A DNA stretch of 64,000 nt from positions 441,322 to 505,321 of the forward strand of contig CAVRFW010000009.1 in assembly GCA_963720565.1 (NCBI GenBank), in the 5' to 3' direction. The DNA comes from Candidatus Bathyarchaeota archaeon (GTDB lineage: Archaea; Thermoproteota; Bathyarchaeia; Bathyarchaeales; Bathycorpusculaceae). The notes beneath the pieces are model-generated. The model did no database searches, was not told the origin of the DNA, and saw nothing but the letters and a program-made list of their open reading frames with translations. Below, piece after piece: positions 42,835 to 53,467 of this stretch. The position numbers were made by a program, and so were the translations under genes. Numbering within the stretch: position 1 is the first letter of the stretch; each line of letters starts with the position of its first letter.

Positions 42835-44067
42835 TTGATGAGTGATACTGGAAACGAACGGCAAACGCAAAAGCGTATTCTAATTCTGTGCGTTGACAGA
42901 GATGGCGATCTCGAGGCCAAGGCAAAAATAAAGACTCCTCTTCTTGGAAGGACTGCCAACCTGGATTCCGCTGTGTCTTTGGCACTAAGCGATCCTGAAG
43001 AACCTGATGCCAACGCGATGTTCGAAGCCGTTCGTCTCCACGACCGCCTCCAAAAAGAAAAGAAACCAGGCGAGATCTTCGAAGTCGCAACGATTTCGGG
43101 ATCAGAACTCGGAGGAGTCAGCGCCGACAGGAAGTTGGTCGCTGAGCTCGGTAATGTGCTTGATTCCTTTAGCGCAAGCGAAGTCATCTTGGTTTCAGAC
43201 GGCTACACAGATGAAGCCGTCTTGCCACTTGTCCAATCTAGAGTGCCGGTTTCCTCAATCAGGCGAATAGTCATTAAGCATAGCGAATCCATTGAGGAGA
43301 CAGCAGCGCTTTTCTCGCGCTATCTTAAACTAATATGGGAAAATCCTAGATACGCGCGCGTAGCCCTCGGAATACCAGGTCTGCTGCTTTTTCTCTATGC
43401 CGTTCTTTCGATTGCCGGGGTTTCAAGCAGTACATACCTCGTCGCCATGGGGCTCATTCTAGGTTGTGTCTTGCTCATCAAGGGTTTCGGAGCTGACAGG
43501 GCTGCCCAAAATCTTTACAAGTGGATAAGAGAATACTCGCCACCGCCTCTGCCCGTGCAAATTTCGAATTACACAATAATCGCTGGAGTACTCTGCGCCG
43601 CGATCAGCGTTTACCTCGGAATAACAAACGCGAGTGCAAACGCTCCTACGCCATTAGACACCACAGCAGCATGGATTAGTGCTCTTCCGATACTTGTTGG
43701 TTACTTCATCAAAGGCGTCATGGACCTTATGACTGTCGGAGTAATCATTTTCCTTTTTGGGAGAAGCATACGCTTGTACATTGAACGAGATGTGCGCTTG
43801 CTCCGTAACTCAGCCTTAATAGTGCCAATTGCTTGGTTTCGCTGGATTCTCAATTACACAGCGGATATCCTCTTTAAGCCAGGGATAGGATTCAACGATC
43901 CAATCTTTTCTAACCTTGTTTTCGCGATAGTGGTGGGCATCCTCATTGTCATTGCCTCGGTTCTCGTCATACTAATTATACATCGGTCAGCCAAAGACTT
44001 CTTCATAGAATCTCAGAGCAAGGCCGAAGAATTCGAAAACAACAAAACCTCAGAAGGATCACCTTAG
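42835..44067 (+). CDS. DUF373 family membrane protein
   Basis: LCVDRDGDL, DPEEPDANAMF, VSDGYTDE, C-terminal TMs. Confidence 0.88.
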   Translation: MMSDTGNERQTQKRILILCVDRDGDLEAKAKIKTPLLGRTANLDSAVSLALSDPEEPDANAMFEAVRLHDRLQKEKKPGEIFEVATISGSELGGVSADRKLVAELGNVLDSFSASEVILVSDGYTDEAVLPLVQSRVPVSSIRRIVIKHSESIEETAALFSRYLKLIWENPRYARVALGIPGLLLFLYAVLSIAGVSSSTYLVAMGLILGCVLLIKGFGADRAAQNLYKWIREYSPPPLPVQISNYTIIAGVLCAAISVYLGITNASANAPTPLDTTAAWISALPILVGYFIKGVMDLMTVGVIIFLFGRSIRLYIERDVRLLRNSALIVPIAWFRWILNYTADILFKPGIGFNDPIFSNLVFAIVVGILIVIASVLVILIIHRSAKDFFIESQSKAEEFENNKTSEGSP

Positions 44068-44242
44068 AAAACAGTTAATTCTTTGTTTTTGTAGAGCACG
44101 TGCTGCTTGTCAGTTAGAAGTCAGAAGTTCTGAATTTGTTTCTGAGGAGACAGAGTAAACTTTAATTGAAACAATCGCGGCTTAACCTCTGGAACAAAAG
44201 TATGATTATGCTTGTCCCTCTCGAAGGTGCGAGGTTCAATTA

Positions 44243-45025
44243 ATGCTTAAAGGTTTTCTCTCCGTTATAGGCGTCTATAAGATCTATGAAAGATGGCTTT
44301 GGAGTCAAGTCAAAAACGGAGGAAAAGTCGATCATATTGCCATCATCTTGGACGGGAACAGAAGGTGGGCTGCGGCAAACGAGCTTAATCCTTGGCTAGG
44401 TCACAAGAAAGGCGCCGACACAGTTGAGGAGCTTCTGGATTGGTGCGACAAACTCAACGTTAAATTCGTAACTCTCTACACCTTTTCAACAGAGAACTTT
44501 AAGCGGCGACCGGAAGAAGTCGAGGAAATAATGAGAATCGCGGAGGAAAAATTCCGAAAACTGTTGACTAATGAGCGAATTCACAGAAACAAAGTCCATG
44601 TCAAGGTGATAGGTAGAACAGCCTTATTGCCGGAGAGCCTTCAGCAGCTTATCGATGATGTGGAGAAGGCAACGGCGGAATATGATGGTCAGTATTTGAA
44701 TTTTGCCTTTGCATATGGAGGCAGAGCGGAAATTCTTGATGCTGCCAAGACGATTGCTGAAAAAGTAAGAGATGGCGAATTGAAGGTTGATGATGTTGAC
44801 GAGACTACCTTCGAGAAGTACCTATATACTGCGCATATGCCTAATCAAGAACCGGATTTGATCATCAGAACTTCGGGTGAGGAAAGGCTGAGCGGTTTTC
44901 TTCTTTGGCAATCAGCGTACAGCGAACTCGCCTTCTTGGATGTCTACTGGCCTGACTTCCGCTTCATAGATTTATTGCGTGCTATCCGAACATTCCAGAA
45001 CCGTAGAAGACGATACGGAGCGTAA
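44243..45025 (+). CDS. uppS: cis-prenyltransferase (polyprenyl diphosphate synthase)
   Basis: HIAIILDGNRRWA, FSTENFKR, YGGRAEI, IRTSGEERLSGFLLWQ. Confidence 0.95.
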   Translation: MLKGFLSVIGVYKIYERWLWSQVKNGGKVDHIAIILDGNRRWAAANELNPWLGHKKGADTVEELLDWCDKLNVKFVTLYTFSTENFKRRPEEVEEIMRIAEEKFRKLLTNERIHRNKVHVKVIGRTALLPESLQQLIDDVEKATAEYDGQYLNFAFAYGGRAEILDAAKTIAEKVRDGELKVDDVDETTFEKYLYTAHMPNQEPDLIIRTSGEERLSGFLLWQSAYSELAFLDVYWPDFRFIDLLRAIRTFQNRRRRYGA

Positions 45026-45033
45026 CAGGCGCT

Positions 45034-46257
45034 TCAGGCACGCTTTTTTGCGCTTACAATAGAAATAACGTCTCTATCCTTAAGGACTGCGTCTTCGCCG
45101 ATTCTTTTTCGGCCTCTCGCGTCAACCGCATAAATAAATCCTTCACCAAGGTCAGTGTGAATCAAGTAAGCGAATTGATGAGCAGTAGTCCCATATGGAA
45201 TGAGGTAAACATCGGGAAGAACTCTACCGTTATGATCAGCCAAGTGTTCCATGTCTTCAACCGGATACACAGATATCATGCTTAGAAGCTTGAAGTAAAC
45301 CCAGTTTATGGCGTCTTGCACACCGGTGGAACCGTTTTCGAGAAGCACTTTTTCCCTGACTGTCTCTAACGCTTTGATTTGACCGGCAGACAATTTTTCT
45401 TGCTGAACGATTCTAAAGTTGCCATCTCCAGGCTTATAGTCGATGAGCTGCTTCTCTGCTGCCCTTCTTAATACTAATTCCGCTTCCGCGCTGCATGGAA
45501 TCACTACATAGTTGAGTTTTCGCAGCCTCTCTATGTTTACTTTAGCAGATGGCAAATCCATCTTGTTTGCCACTATGAGCATCGGCTTCGAAACTATTCT
45601 CAGTTCATTAACAAATCTCAGCAGGTCTTCTTCGCTCCAGTTTGTGGGCTTGTCTGGATTTAGCGCCGTTTTTCTGGTTGCTTCGAAGATGTGGCTGCGT
45701 TTAATGCCCAATCCGCTGAGACGATCTTCCAGCATCGTATAGAGGTCTTTTGATTCGGCTTCGGCTGTTCGAGAGAGTTTTGCCCAGTCTTTCTTGACTA
45801 TAAACGCCATCCACATTGTGATTTCGTGTTCAAGAAACTTTACGTCTTCCAACGGGTCATGTTCGCCGGGTTTGCATAGGCGACCTTCGCAGTCTGTTCC
45901 GCCTGAAGCGTCTACTACGTGGATAAGTGCATCTGCTCGGCGTATTTCATCCAGAAATTGGTTGCCAAGACCACGCCCTTCCCAAGCTCCAGGAACGATG
46001 CCAGCAACATCGATAAGCTCAACGGGTATCAGTCTCAGGCCTTGCATGCACAGGCTATTTTTTGGGTTGTCTTTCACCTGAAATTCTTCGTGTACACATG
46101 GCGTGCGGACATAGCCAACCCCCCGGTTAGGTTTTATGGTGGTGAAAGGATAGTTCGCAATATCGACTGGAGCTAGGGTGGACGCACTGAAAAAAGTGGA
46201 CTTGCCCGTATTAGGCTTGCCGATTATACCGAGCAACCGCGAATATGATTTTTGCAT
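45034..46257 (-). CDS. ychF: Obg-family NTPase (archaeal YchF-like)
   Basis: GKPNTGKST, YPFTT, DVAG, NKMD, C-terminal TGS domain. Confidence 0.9.
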   Translation of the reverse strand: MQKSYSRLLGIIGKPNTGKSTFFSASTLAPVDIANYPFTTIKPNRGVGYVRTPCVHEEFQVKDNPKNSLCMQGLRLIPVELIDVAGIVPGAWEGRGLGNQFLDEIRRADALIHVVDASGGTDCEGRLCKPGEHDPLEDVKFLEHEITMWMAFIVKKDWAKLSRTAEAESKDLYTMLEDRLSGLGIKRSHIFEATRKTALNPDKPTNWSEEDLLRFVNELRIVSKPMLIVANKMDLPSAKVNIERLRKLNYVVIPCSAEAELVLRRAAEKQLIDYKPGDGNFRIVQQEKLSAGQIKALETVREKVLLENGSTGVQDAINWVYFKLLSMISVYPVEDMEHLADHNGRVLPDVYLIPYGTTAHQFAYLIHTDLGEGFIYAVDARGRKRIGEDAVLKDRDVISIVSAKKRA

Positions 46258-46374
46258 AATGACTTTCTCTTGCAGTCGTCTAGTTTTCGGGTTAGCTCTA
46301 TTTTATTCTTTTGTTCGGGCGAAAAATGAAAAATCGCGCGCCAAACTAATTTGGTCGCTTGAATAGAAATCGTA

Positions 46375-46608
46375 TTACTCTTCCATCATTATCAGCGTTA
46401 GGGTTGACCTGACTTTGCTGAGGCCTCGGATTCGGCGAGTGACCATGTCTTTCAGGTTCTCCATCGAGTCAGCTCTGATTCTGGTGATTATATCGTAGAC
46501 TCCGTATGAGAAGAAAGCTTCTTCAACACCTTCCATCTTCTTCAATTCTTTTAGAACTTCATCTTCAGAACCTGATTCTACATTTATCAACACAAAGGCT
46601 TTCGGCAT
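46375..46608 (-). CDS. Stand-alone Lrp/AsnC ligand-binding domain protein
   Basis: AFVLINVESG..GVYDII..IRGLSKVRSTLTLI. Confidence 0.88.
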   Translation of the reverse strand: MPKAFVLINVESGSEDEVLKELKKMEGVEEAFFSYGVYDIITRIRADSMENLKDMVTRRIRGLSKVRSTLTLIMMEE

Positions 46609-46713
46609 TCTTTTTCGCCTCAAGTGTTTCTATAGGGTTTAGTAATTAAAAGATTTTGCCGAAAAACCGCGTGGAAGAATTACCAAAAGTCTTATGAGTA
46701 CATAAACAAGATT

Positions 46714-47055
46714 GTGATTTGGAAAGAGGGTGCTGTCTTGGTTTACTGTACTAAATGTGGGACTGGAAACGAAGAAAACGCAACCGTGTGCATTAACTGC
46801 AAAGCTATTCTCAAAACTTCGAGTTCAGAGGAAAAGTTGGAAGTGAAATCTGGTTGCTGCGAAGGTGGCTATGGATATCGCAGATGGGGAGGAGCACTAA
46901 TAGGCGTTTTAATAGGAATAATAGTGATCCTGATAGGCTTTAGCCTGCTGGTGCGCCAATTGTATGGCATTTCTCTGCCTTGGTTCGAATTCATCATGAT
47001 TATCTTCGGCGTTTACCTTGTCATTCGAGCTCTGAGGATGAACCGCAAGCACTGA
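46714..47055 (+). CDS. Zinc-ribbon membrane protein
   Basis: YCTKCG..CINC followed by two TM helices. Confidence 0.78.
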   Translation: MIWKEGAVLVYCTKCGTGNEENATVCINCKAILKTSSSEEKLEVKSGCCEGGYGYRRWGGALIGVLIGIIVILIGFSLLVRQLYGISLPWFEFIMIIFGVYLVIRALRMNRKH

Positions 47056-47288
47056 CGCATATTTACATCCAACTTTTTTTGAGCATTTAGTTTTGTCATG
47101 TTTAGTTCTTCAGCGCAAAAAGGCTCTGTTAATGGATGCGCGACCGCGTTGAGTATCTCCTTCGGGTTTGGTGACGTGCTTTTAAGCCAATTTTCTCTTC
47201 AGTTCTCTGACACTACGGATAGCGCGCTCTACAGTAACGGTTATATTAACTTCTGCTGAAAGGTGTAGATTATTACGGGAGAATCTGC

Positions 47289-48917
47289 ATGGTTAAGTAT
47301 GTTTTTGTAACGGGCGGGGTCCTGAGCTCGGTTGGCAAGGGAATTTTGACTTCTTCTATCGGCAAGATGCTTCAGGCTCGAGGATTAAAACCCACAGTTA
47401 TCAAGATCGACCCATATGTGAACGTTGATGCAGGAACCATGAACCCCTACATGCATGGCGAAGTCTTCGTGACAGACGACGGCGGTGAAACAGACCTAGA
47501 CTTAGGCTGGTACGAACGCTTTTTAGATCTAAGCCTGAAACAGGAAAACAACCTCACGACCGGACTCGTATACAAAACAGTGATTGAGAAAGAGAGGCGT
47601 GGAGATTTCCTGGGTCGCTGCGTTCAAATCGTCCCCCACGTAACAAACGAGATCAAAAATCGGATAAAAAACGTGGCGAAAACCGCTAACGCTGAAATCG
47701 TCTTGACTGAGGTAGGCGGCACGGTAGGTGACATTGAAGGGCAACCGTTCTTGGAGGCTATACGTCAGATGCGCGTGGAAGAGGGCTTTGAGAACACATT
47801 ATACGTTCACGTTGCCTTAGTTCCTATTCTGGATGTAACCATGGAGATGAAAACCAAGCCTCTGCAGCACAGCGTTAACGAACTCCGACGTATCGGTATC
47901 CAACCTGACATTATAGTAGCGCGAAGTCCCAAAATGATTGATGCTGAGGCGCTTAGAAAAATTGCTTTGTTCGGAACTATACCAGAAAACGCGGTATTCT
48001 GTTCCTACAATGCAGAAACGGTCTACCAAGTGCCCTTGATTCTTGACAAACAAGGAATGGGTGACTTCATATGCCGAAGACTAGGTCTCTCCTGCGCAGA
48101 GAAAGACTTTGGCGATTGGCAAAAATTCGTGGATGCAGTTGTTAAGCCTGAGCACGAAGTCCGAATCGCGCTTATAGGCAAATACGCGGGTCTGACTGAC
48201 AGTTACGTCAGTATGAGCGAGGCTTTGCGGCACGGAGGTGCTTCATGTCGAACGCGAGTGTGCATAGATTATTTGGAAGCTGAAAAGCTTGAGCGAGAAC
48301 CGGAATGCGTCAAGGATCTTTCAAGTTATGACGGTGTGTTTGTCCCTTACGGTTTCGGGCCCAGAGGCACCGAAGGAAAAATCGCGGCTATCAAGTACGC
48401 ACGAGAGAACAACGTGCCTTTCCTGGGGATATGCTACGGTTTCCAGCTTGCGGTTGTCGAGTTTGCTCGAAACGTCTGTGGATTGAAAGACGCGAATAGC
48501 ACTGAAATCAATCCGAATTCGCCGTACCCCGTAATTGATCTAATGCCAGAGCAGCGAGGCATCGAATATAAGGGTGCAACCATGCGTTTGGGAGCACACA
48601 AAATAGTCCTGCAAGAAGGCACAATGGCGGGAAACCTCTACAGATGTGAAGATGTGTACGAACGGCATCGTCACAGGTTCGAAGTTAATCTGGATTATCA
48701 AGAACTTCTCAAGAAGAATGGCCTATGCTTCTCCGGAAGAAGTGCTGATGGAAAGAGAATGGAGACTCTGGAGTTGTCCAGCAACTACTTTTTCTTTGCT
48801 TCCCAGTTCCATGGCGAATTTAAAAGCCGCCCAGGAAGACCATCACCTGAATATGCTGCTTTCATAAAAGCCTGCCTCAACAAGAAGCTGGGCAAGCCAA
48901 AATTCGATTCGCTATAG
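47289..48917 (+). CDS. pyrG: CTP synthase
   Basis: VTGGVLSSVGKG, KTKPLQHSV, GICYG, RHRHRFE, QFHGEF. Confidence 0.97.
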   Translation: MVKYVFVTGGVLSSVGKGILTSSIGKMLQARGLKPTVIKIDPYVNVDAGTMNPYMHGEVFVTDDGGETDLDLGWYERFLDLSLKQENNLTTGLVYKTVIEKERRGDFLGRCVQIVPHVTNEIKNRIKNVAKTANAEIVLTEVGGTVGDIEGQPFLEAIRQMRVEEGFENTLYVHVALVPILDVTMEMKTKPLQHSVNELRRIGIQPDIIVARSPKMIDAEALRKIALFGTIPENAVFCSYNAETVYQVPLILDKQGMGDFICRRLGLSCAEKDFGDWQKFVDAVVKPEHEVRIALIGKYAGLTDSYVSMSEALRHGGASCRTRVCIDYLEAEKLEREPECVKDLSSYDGVFVPYGFGPRGTEGKIAAIKYARENNVPFLGICYGFQLAVVEFARNVCGLKDANSTEINPNSPYPVIDLMPEQRGIEYKGATMRLGAHKIVLQEGTMAGNLYRCEDVYERHRHRFEVNLDYQELLKKNGLCFSGRSADGKRMETLELSSNYFFFASQFHGEFKSRPGRPSPEYAAFIKACLNKKLGKPKFDSL

Positions 48918-49069
48918 CACCATTGGAGACTGAAAAGGCGTTCGTTTCCAAGAAAAACATGTAAAATCCAAATAGGGCTATTCTTCAATTTTTTGTTAGT
49001 TTCTTCCTTAGTATGGTACTAATGCTTAAAGCTTCGATGTGTAGTTAGTATTCCTCGAAGGAATGTTTC

Positions 49070-49579
49070 TTGAGTTCAGATGATTCATCAGTTGCGGAAA
49101 GCTTTAGCAAAAGACTGGAGGATGCCGAAGACTATGCTGAAGTGTGGCAAACGGTCAAAGCCTCAGTTGAATTCTCACTGAACGAGCGCAGAAACGCAAT
49201 CATGTTGTTCTTGGATGATTTGCCTCTTCAGTTGGGGGCGTATCATCCAATCGGTACGAACAACATAGTTTTAAACAGGACTCTAATTGAAATTGTTGAA
49301 GACTCCGTAAAATCTAAACCTGCAGTTAACGCTCTGATTTACAATCTCTTGCTGCACGAGTATCTGCATGCTCTAGGCGATCTGTCGGAGCACGATGTTA
49401 GGTTGAAAGTGATTGAAGTGGCTAAGAAGTGTTTCGGAGAACAACATGTGGCCACCACAATCGCTCGCAAGACCCCTTGGATAATGCTTAAGGATATCCC
49501 ATTCGAATCAGTTCTTGCGCCAAAACGTTTAATGGAGATTGTTAGAGACTTTGAAGATGCAGGCAAATACATAGTCTAA
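49070..49579 (+). CDS. Hypothetical protein with HExxH zinc-binding motif
   Basis: LLHEYLHALG. Confidence 0.7.
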   Translation: MSSDDSSVAESFSKRLEDAEDYAEVWQTVKASVEFSLNERRNAIMLFLDDLPLQLGAYHPIGTNNIVLNRTLIEIVEDSVKSKPAVNALIYNLLLHEYLHALGDLSEHDVRLKVIEVAKKCFGEQHVATTIARKTPWIMLKDIPFESVLAPKRLMEIVRDFEDAGKYIV

Positions 49580-49716
49580 GTTTCTTTAGTCAGAATACTC
49601 CGACTATTCCTAAGATATTTTTGGAATTTGTGTTTTCACGGAGTGGATGCGCGCTAGATGAAAACGTAATCATTTTAAAACACGTCAAGTAATAATTATG
49701 CATTGGTGATGATATT

Positions 49717-50955
49717 TTGCGAATCGGATTCTTCGTCTGGGAGTATCCGCCGAAGATAGTTGGTGGTTTAGGCACTTACGCTGAAAACATAACGCGTGAA
49801 TTCGTCGATATTGGAAATGACGTATCCGTTTTCACCTTGAACGATGGAACCATGAAAACCCGCGAAATCATTCAGGGTGTGGAAGTACACCGGCCTTTAA
49901 TAGCTAATGCGAGTAACATCTGGCCTTTCTTCGTAATCGATGACTTGAAGAAATGGGGCACGAACATCCGGTTTTTCAACGACCTTTTCATCTACAACAT
50001 TCTAAGCGCAACAAAATTCATCAACGGTTTGATAAAAAAAGAGAAATATGATTTTGATGTGGTCTGTGTTCACGATCACTTGAGCAGCATTGCAGGCCTG
50101 GTGATCAAGAATGAGACAAAAATCCCTGTTGCTTTTCACACGCACAGTACGGAATGGGGAAGGAGCGGTGGTCCTGGGTCTGAGGTGGTGTCGCACTTTG
50201 AACAAGCTATGGCTGAAAATGCAGACAGAGTGATAACCGTCAGTTACGCCATGCAGGAAGATCTTATAAAGCATGGTTGGTCGCCGTCAAAAATCAGTGT
50301 TGTATGGAACGGTGTGGATCCTGAACGTTATGACCCTCGCAAGTGCAAAAAGGATGCTGTGAAAGCGATTAGGGAGAAATATAATATCCCGCTTGACTGG
50401 AACATGATTCTCTTCGTTGGGAGACTTACCTGGGTGAAAAGCGTTAGAAACCTCCTGCAGGCGATGCCGTCCGTTTTGAAAGAGTATCCGAACACCAAGT
50501 TAGTAATACTTGGCAAAGGAGATGAACAGACAGACATCGTTGAAACGTCAGACAGACTCGGCATCAAGGACAAAATCGTTTACCGCTTCGACTTCATTCC
50601 TGAAACTGAGAGGATTCTGCATTATGCTGCTTCGGACGTGTGTGTTTTTCCATCAGTCTACGAGCCTTTCGGGATAGTGAGCTTGGAAGCCATGGCTATG
50701 GAGAAACCCGTTGTGGTAGGTGCTCGTGGCGTTGTGGGTTTCAAGGAACAAGTGATAAACTCTGGCACAGACCAGACTGGAGTGCATGTGAACGGGGAAG
50801 ATCCTTCGGATATCGCTTGGGGACTAAGAGAAGTTCTTCGGGATCCTGAAAAAGCCCGGAATTGGGGCGAAAACGGTCGAAAGAGAGTTCTGGAATACTT
50901 CACATGGAGAAAAGTCGCTGATGAAACATTGAAAATCTACGAATCGCTTCTATGA
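49717..50955 (+). CDS. GT4 glycosyltransferase (glycogen synthase-like)
   Basis: WEYPPKIVGGLG, FVGRL, PSVYEPFGIVSLEAMA. Confidence 0.9.
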   Translation: MRIGFFVWEYPPKIVGGLGTYAENITREFVDIGNDVSVFTLNDGTMKTREIIQGVEVHRPLIANASNIWPFFVIDDLKKWGTNIRFFNDLFIYNILSATKFINGLIKKEKYDFDVVCVHDHLSSIAGLVIKNETKIPVAFHTHSTEWGRSGGPGSEVVSHFEQAMAENADRVITVSYAMQEDLIKHGWSPSKISVVWNGVDPERYDPRKCKKDAVKAIREKYNIPLDWNMILFVGRLTWVKSVRNLLQAMPSVLKEYPNTKLVILGKGDEQTDIVETSDRLGIKDKIVYRFDFIPETERILHYAASDVCVFPSVYEPFGIVSLEAMAMEKPVVVGARGVVGFKEQVINSGTDQTGVHVNGEDPSDIAWGLREVLRDPEKARNWGENGRKRVLEYFTWRKVADETLKIYESLL

Positions 50956-50980
50956 ACCAAATGAGCCTTTAGGCAGTTTG

Positions 50981-51946
50981 TTACGTCGCTAGCATTTCTG
51001 CAAGATCCAGCAGGCGCAGGTCCAGTGGCTTGCGTTTCTCACATGTCTCCTTAAGATCTATGCTTCCGATTGCGCCTTGTTGCAAACCGACTAACTTGTT
51101 TCCTTGGTTCTCGCAAAAGAGGTTAATGGCTTTCTCTGCGAACAAGCTAGCTAGGAGTCGACTTCGCGCTGTGGGGCTTCCTCCTCTCTGTGCGTATCCA
51201 AGTATAGATAATCTGACTTCTGAGCCTGTTTTGCTCTCTATTTCCCGAGCGATTTTGCCGATGTCGCCCACGCCTTCAGCTGCGACTATGATTCCGGCTT
51301 TTTTTCCTTTGCGAGAGTTTTCCTTTATGGCTTTCACGACTTCGCTTGTTTTGCAAACGTTTTCGGGAATAAGAATCACTTCCGCTCCAACTGAAAGGCC
51401 AACTTCCAACGCTAGAAACCCTCTTTTTCGACCCATGACTTCAACGATGAAGATTCGTTCGTGGGAGATCGCTGTGTCCCTTATCTTGTCAATTGAAGTG
51501 ACGGCTGTGTTTACCGCTGTGTCAAAGCCTATTGTTTCATCAGTTCCGAAAACATCGTTATCAATCGTGGCTGGGACCCCTATCATCAGGGCATCACTTT
51601 CTTCGCTTAAGTCTAGAGCTCCCCTAAATGACCCATCGCCACCTATCACTATCAATCCTTCTATGTTGTTTAGTTTCAGGTTTTCAGCAGCCTGCTCGAC
51701 TCCTTCGGTTTTCTCAAATTCGGGGCATCTTAGCGTGTGAAGTATGGTTCCACCCAGTTGAATTATGCCGCCCACATTTCGCGGCGTCAAACGTTTGTAA
51801 GTATTGGTTATTAATCCGTCCCAGCCTCTTTCAAAACCTAATACTTGAAGGTTTTTTGAATCAGCAACCCGTGTAACCGCGCGGATAGCCGCGTTCATTC
51901 CCGGCGCGTCGCCTCCGGAAGTTACGACGCCAATTGTCTTCGTTAA
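50981..51946 (-). CDS. pfkA: ATP-dependent 6-phosphofructokinase, PfkA family; N-terminus extends beyond the ORF-track start
   Basis: In-frame upstream (L)TKTIGVVTSGGDAPGMN, IGGDGS, TIDND, EVMGR, LGYAQRGG. Confidence 0.92.
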   Translation of the reverse strand, partial: LTKTIGVVTSGGDAPGMNAAIRAVTRVADSKNLQVLGFERGWDGLITNTYKRLTPRNVGGIIQLGGTILHTLRCPEFEKTEGVEQAAENLKLNNIEGLIVIGGDGSFRGALDLSEESDALMIGVPATIDNDVFGTDETIGFDTAVNTAVTSIDKIRDTAISHERIFIVEVMGRKRGFLALEVGLSVGAEVILIPENVCKTSEVVKAIKENSRKGKKAGIIVAAEGVGDIGKIAREIESKTGSEVRLSILGYAQRGGSPTARSRLLASLFAEKAINLFCENQGNKLVGLQQGAIGSIDLKETCEKRKPLDLRLLDLAEMLAT

Positions 51947-52168
51947 CTAACCTCTCCTCTGAGTGCATTGTCTGAAAACGCGTTAGCTTTCTTAGAGCAT
52001 AAAAATCTATCTGGAGAAAACCTACAATGTTTCTCGAGCAATCCCTTTTTTTCTTTGCTTTGGCAATACGGCGCCATGTTTAGGAGAAAGACTGTTTGCG
52101 AAGTATGGAGCCCGATTGGCTGATGCCAAAACACATAAATTCCTTTGTTTTATCCTAATGATTTCTGT

Positions 52169-52322
52169 CGGGAGGTAGCTCAGCCTGGCAGAGCTTCCGA
52201 GTCAGCTAATTTGCTTAGCTGACGGAGACGCTGTAGAAGTCTACCCATGGTAGGCATCATTCTAGCCTGCCCAGGCCACAGAAACCGGACCGTCGCAGGT
52301 TCAAATCCTGCCCTCCCGACCA
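52169..52322 (+). tRNA. tRNA-Tyr(GTA) with two introns: 52200-52229 (position 30/31) and 52237-52283 (position 37/38); CCA encoded
   Basis: Acceptor CGGGAGG/CCTCCCG with C1-G72 and A73; T arm GCAGG-TTCAAAT-CCTGC; removing both introns gives TCCGG-CTGTAGA-CCGGA; both junctions form BHB motifs. Confidence 0.9.
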
Positions 52323-52435
52323 CTTGCCAGTGTATGGGAATAATATCGAGGTCTGCTTGTTTTGATCGGATACCTTCAAAAATTGGAGTGACGTGCAAGG
52401 CATCGCTTGGTGTTCTCGTCTCTTTTCTTCGTGCA

Positions 52436-53467
52436 CTACTTTTCAATTGTCGCTTCTTCGGATTTTTTCCGTGAGAAGACCAGACTTGAAGTTGATTTCG
52501 CAATTTGAGGTGCACCTATGAGATCTTCAATTATTAGCAAGACACGAGAAAGAACTGCGAATGCGCCTATTGGGCCTGCCATCTCTGGGTTCTGGCAACA
52601 TTCAGTAGTAGTCCGAAAATGCCTACAATTCCGAACTCTTGAACGCCAGCACCAGCGGGAGTTATTGGTACGAATCCAAGCGCAGTTACAAGAGGATGTA
52701 GAAGGAAATATCCAAGCCATGGAATCTGGGTGATTCCCAGAGCTAAGCCCAAGAAGTACCATTCAAAACCTTTCAGAATCCAGCACGCCATTGTTAACAA
52801 GACAATTTCCGGTATTGCCTTGCGCGTCCTGTTTGCGCTTTCTTTGTACTCTTCAATCTTTCCAATTAGGCCACCTGTAAATCTGGAAAGAAACCTGGAG
52901 CTTGCTATCCGCTTGAAGATGGAAATTGCCCTCTGAGACCACGTGAATGCGGCCATTAAGCAAGCTCCAGTAAGCATTAACGCTATCCCTAACGCTGCGA
53001 TGCCGAACTGCCAGCTCTCCAATTGAATGTTCTCAATTAGAAAAACTGACGGCGCCTACTCCGCCAACTACCTTGACCAAGAACTCCACGGTTTGAATTC
53101 CCAGGATTCCTGACAGGCTCTTCGAAGTCGGCACATCTTGGTCTCTGAGGTAAAGTGGCGTCAGAATGTAGCCTGAGCGGCCGGGTGTTACATCGCTTGT
53201 CAACATGCCTGCATACTGAGCGAGAAGTGTTTTGAAGAAGGACGTTTTAATTCCGTCTTTCGCCAAGACTATCCGGAGTCTAACGGTAAACAACAGGTTG
53301 ATTCCAAAATAAGCCAAGAATGCAAGCGCCAAATACTCAATCTTGATGTTTAGAAGCGAATCGTAAAGAGATCCTACTCCAACATACCACAGCAGAGCTG
53401 CAAATATCCCAACCATTATCAATATTTGCAGTAGGATTTTTAGAATTCGGCCACGGTTAACTTTCAA
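52436..53467 (-). CDS. Flippase-like membrane protein (UPF0104/lysylphosphatidylglycerol synthase TM family); frameshifted
   Basis: SDVTPGRSG and PITPAGAGVQE motifs in collinear fragments. Confidence 0.78.

Noticed and set aside
51030..51740. Long antisense ORFs (also 8714-9247, 60228-61295) and the alternate-frame ORF 62127-63185
   Set aside because: Shadows of well-supported genes, with no motifs of their own
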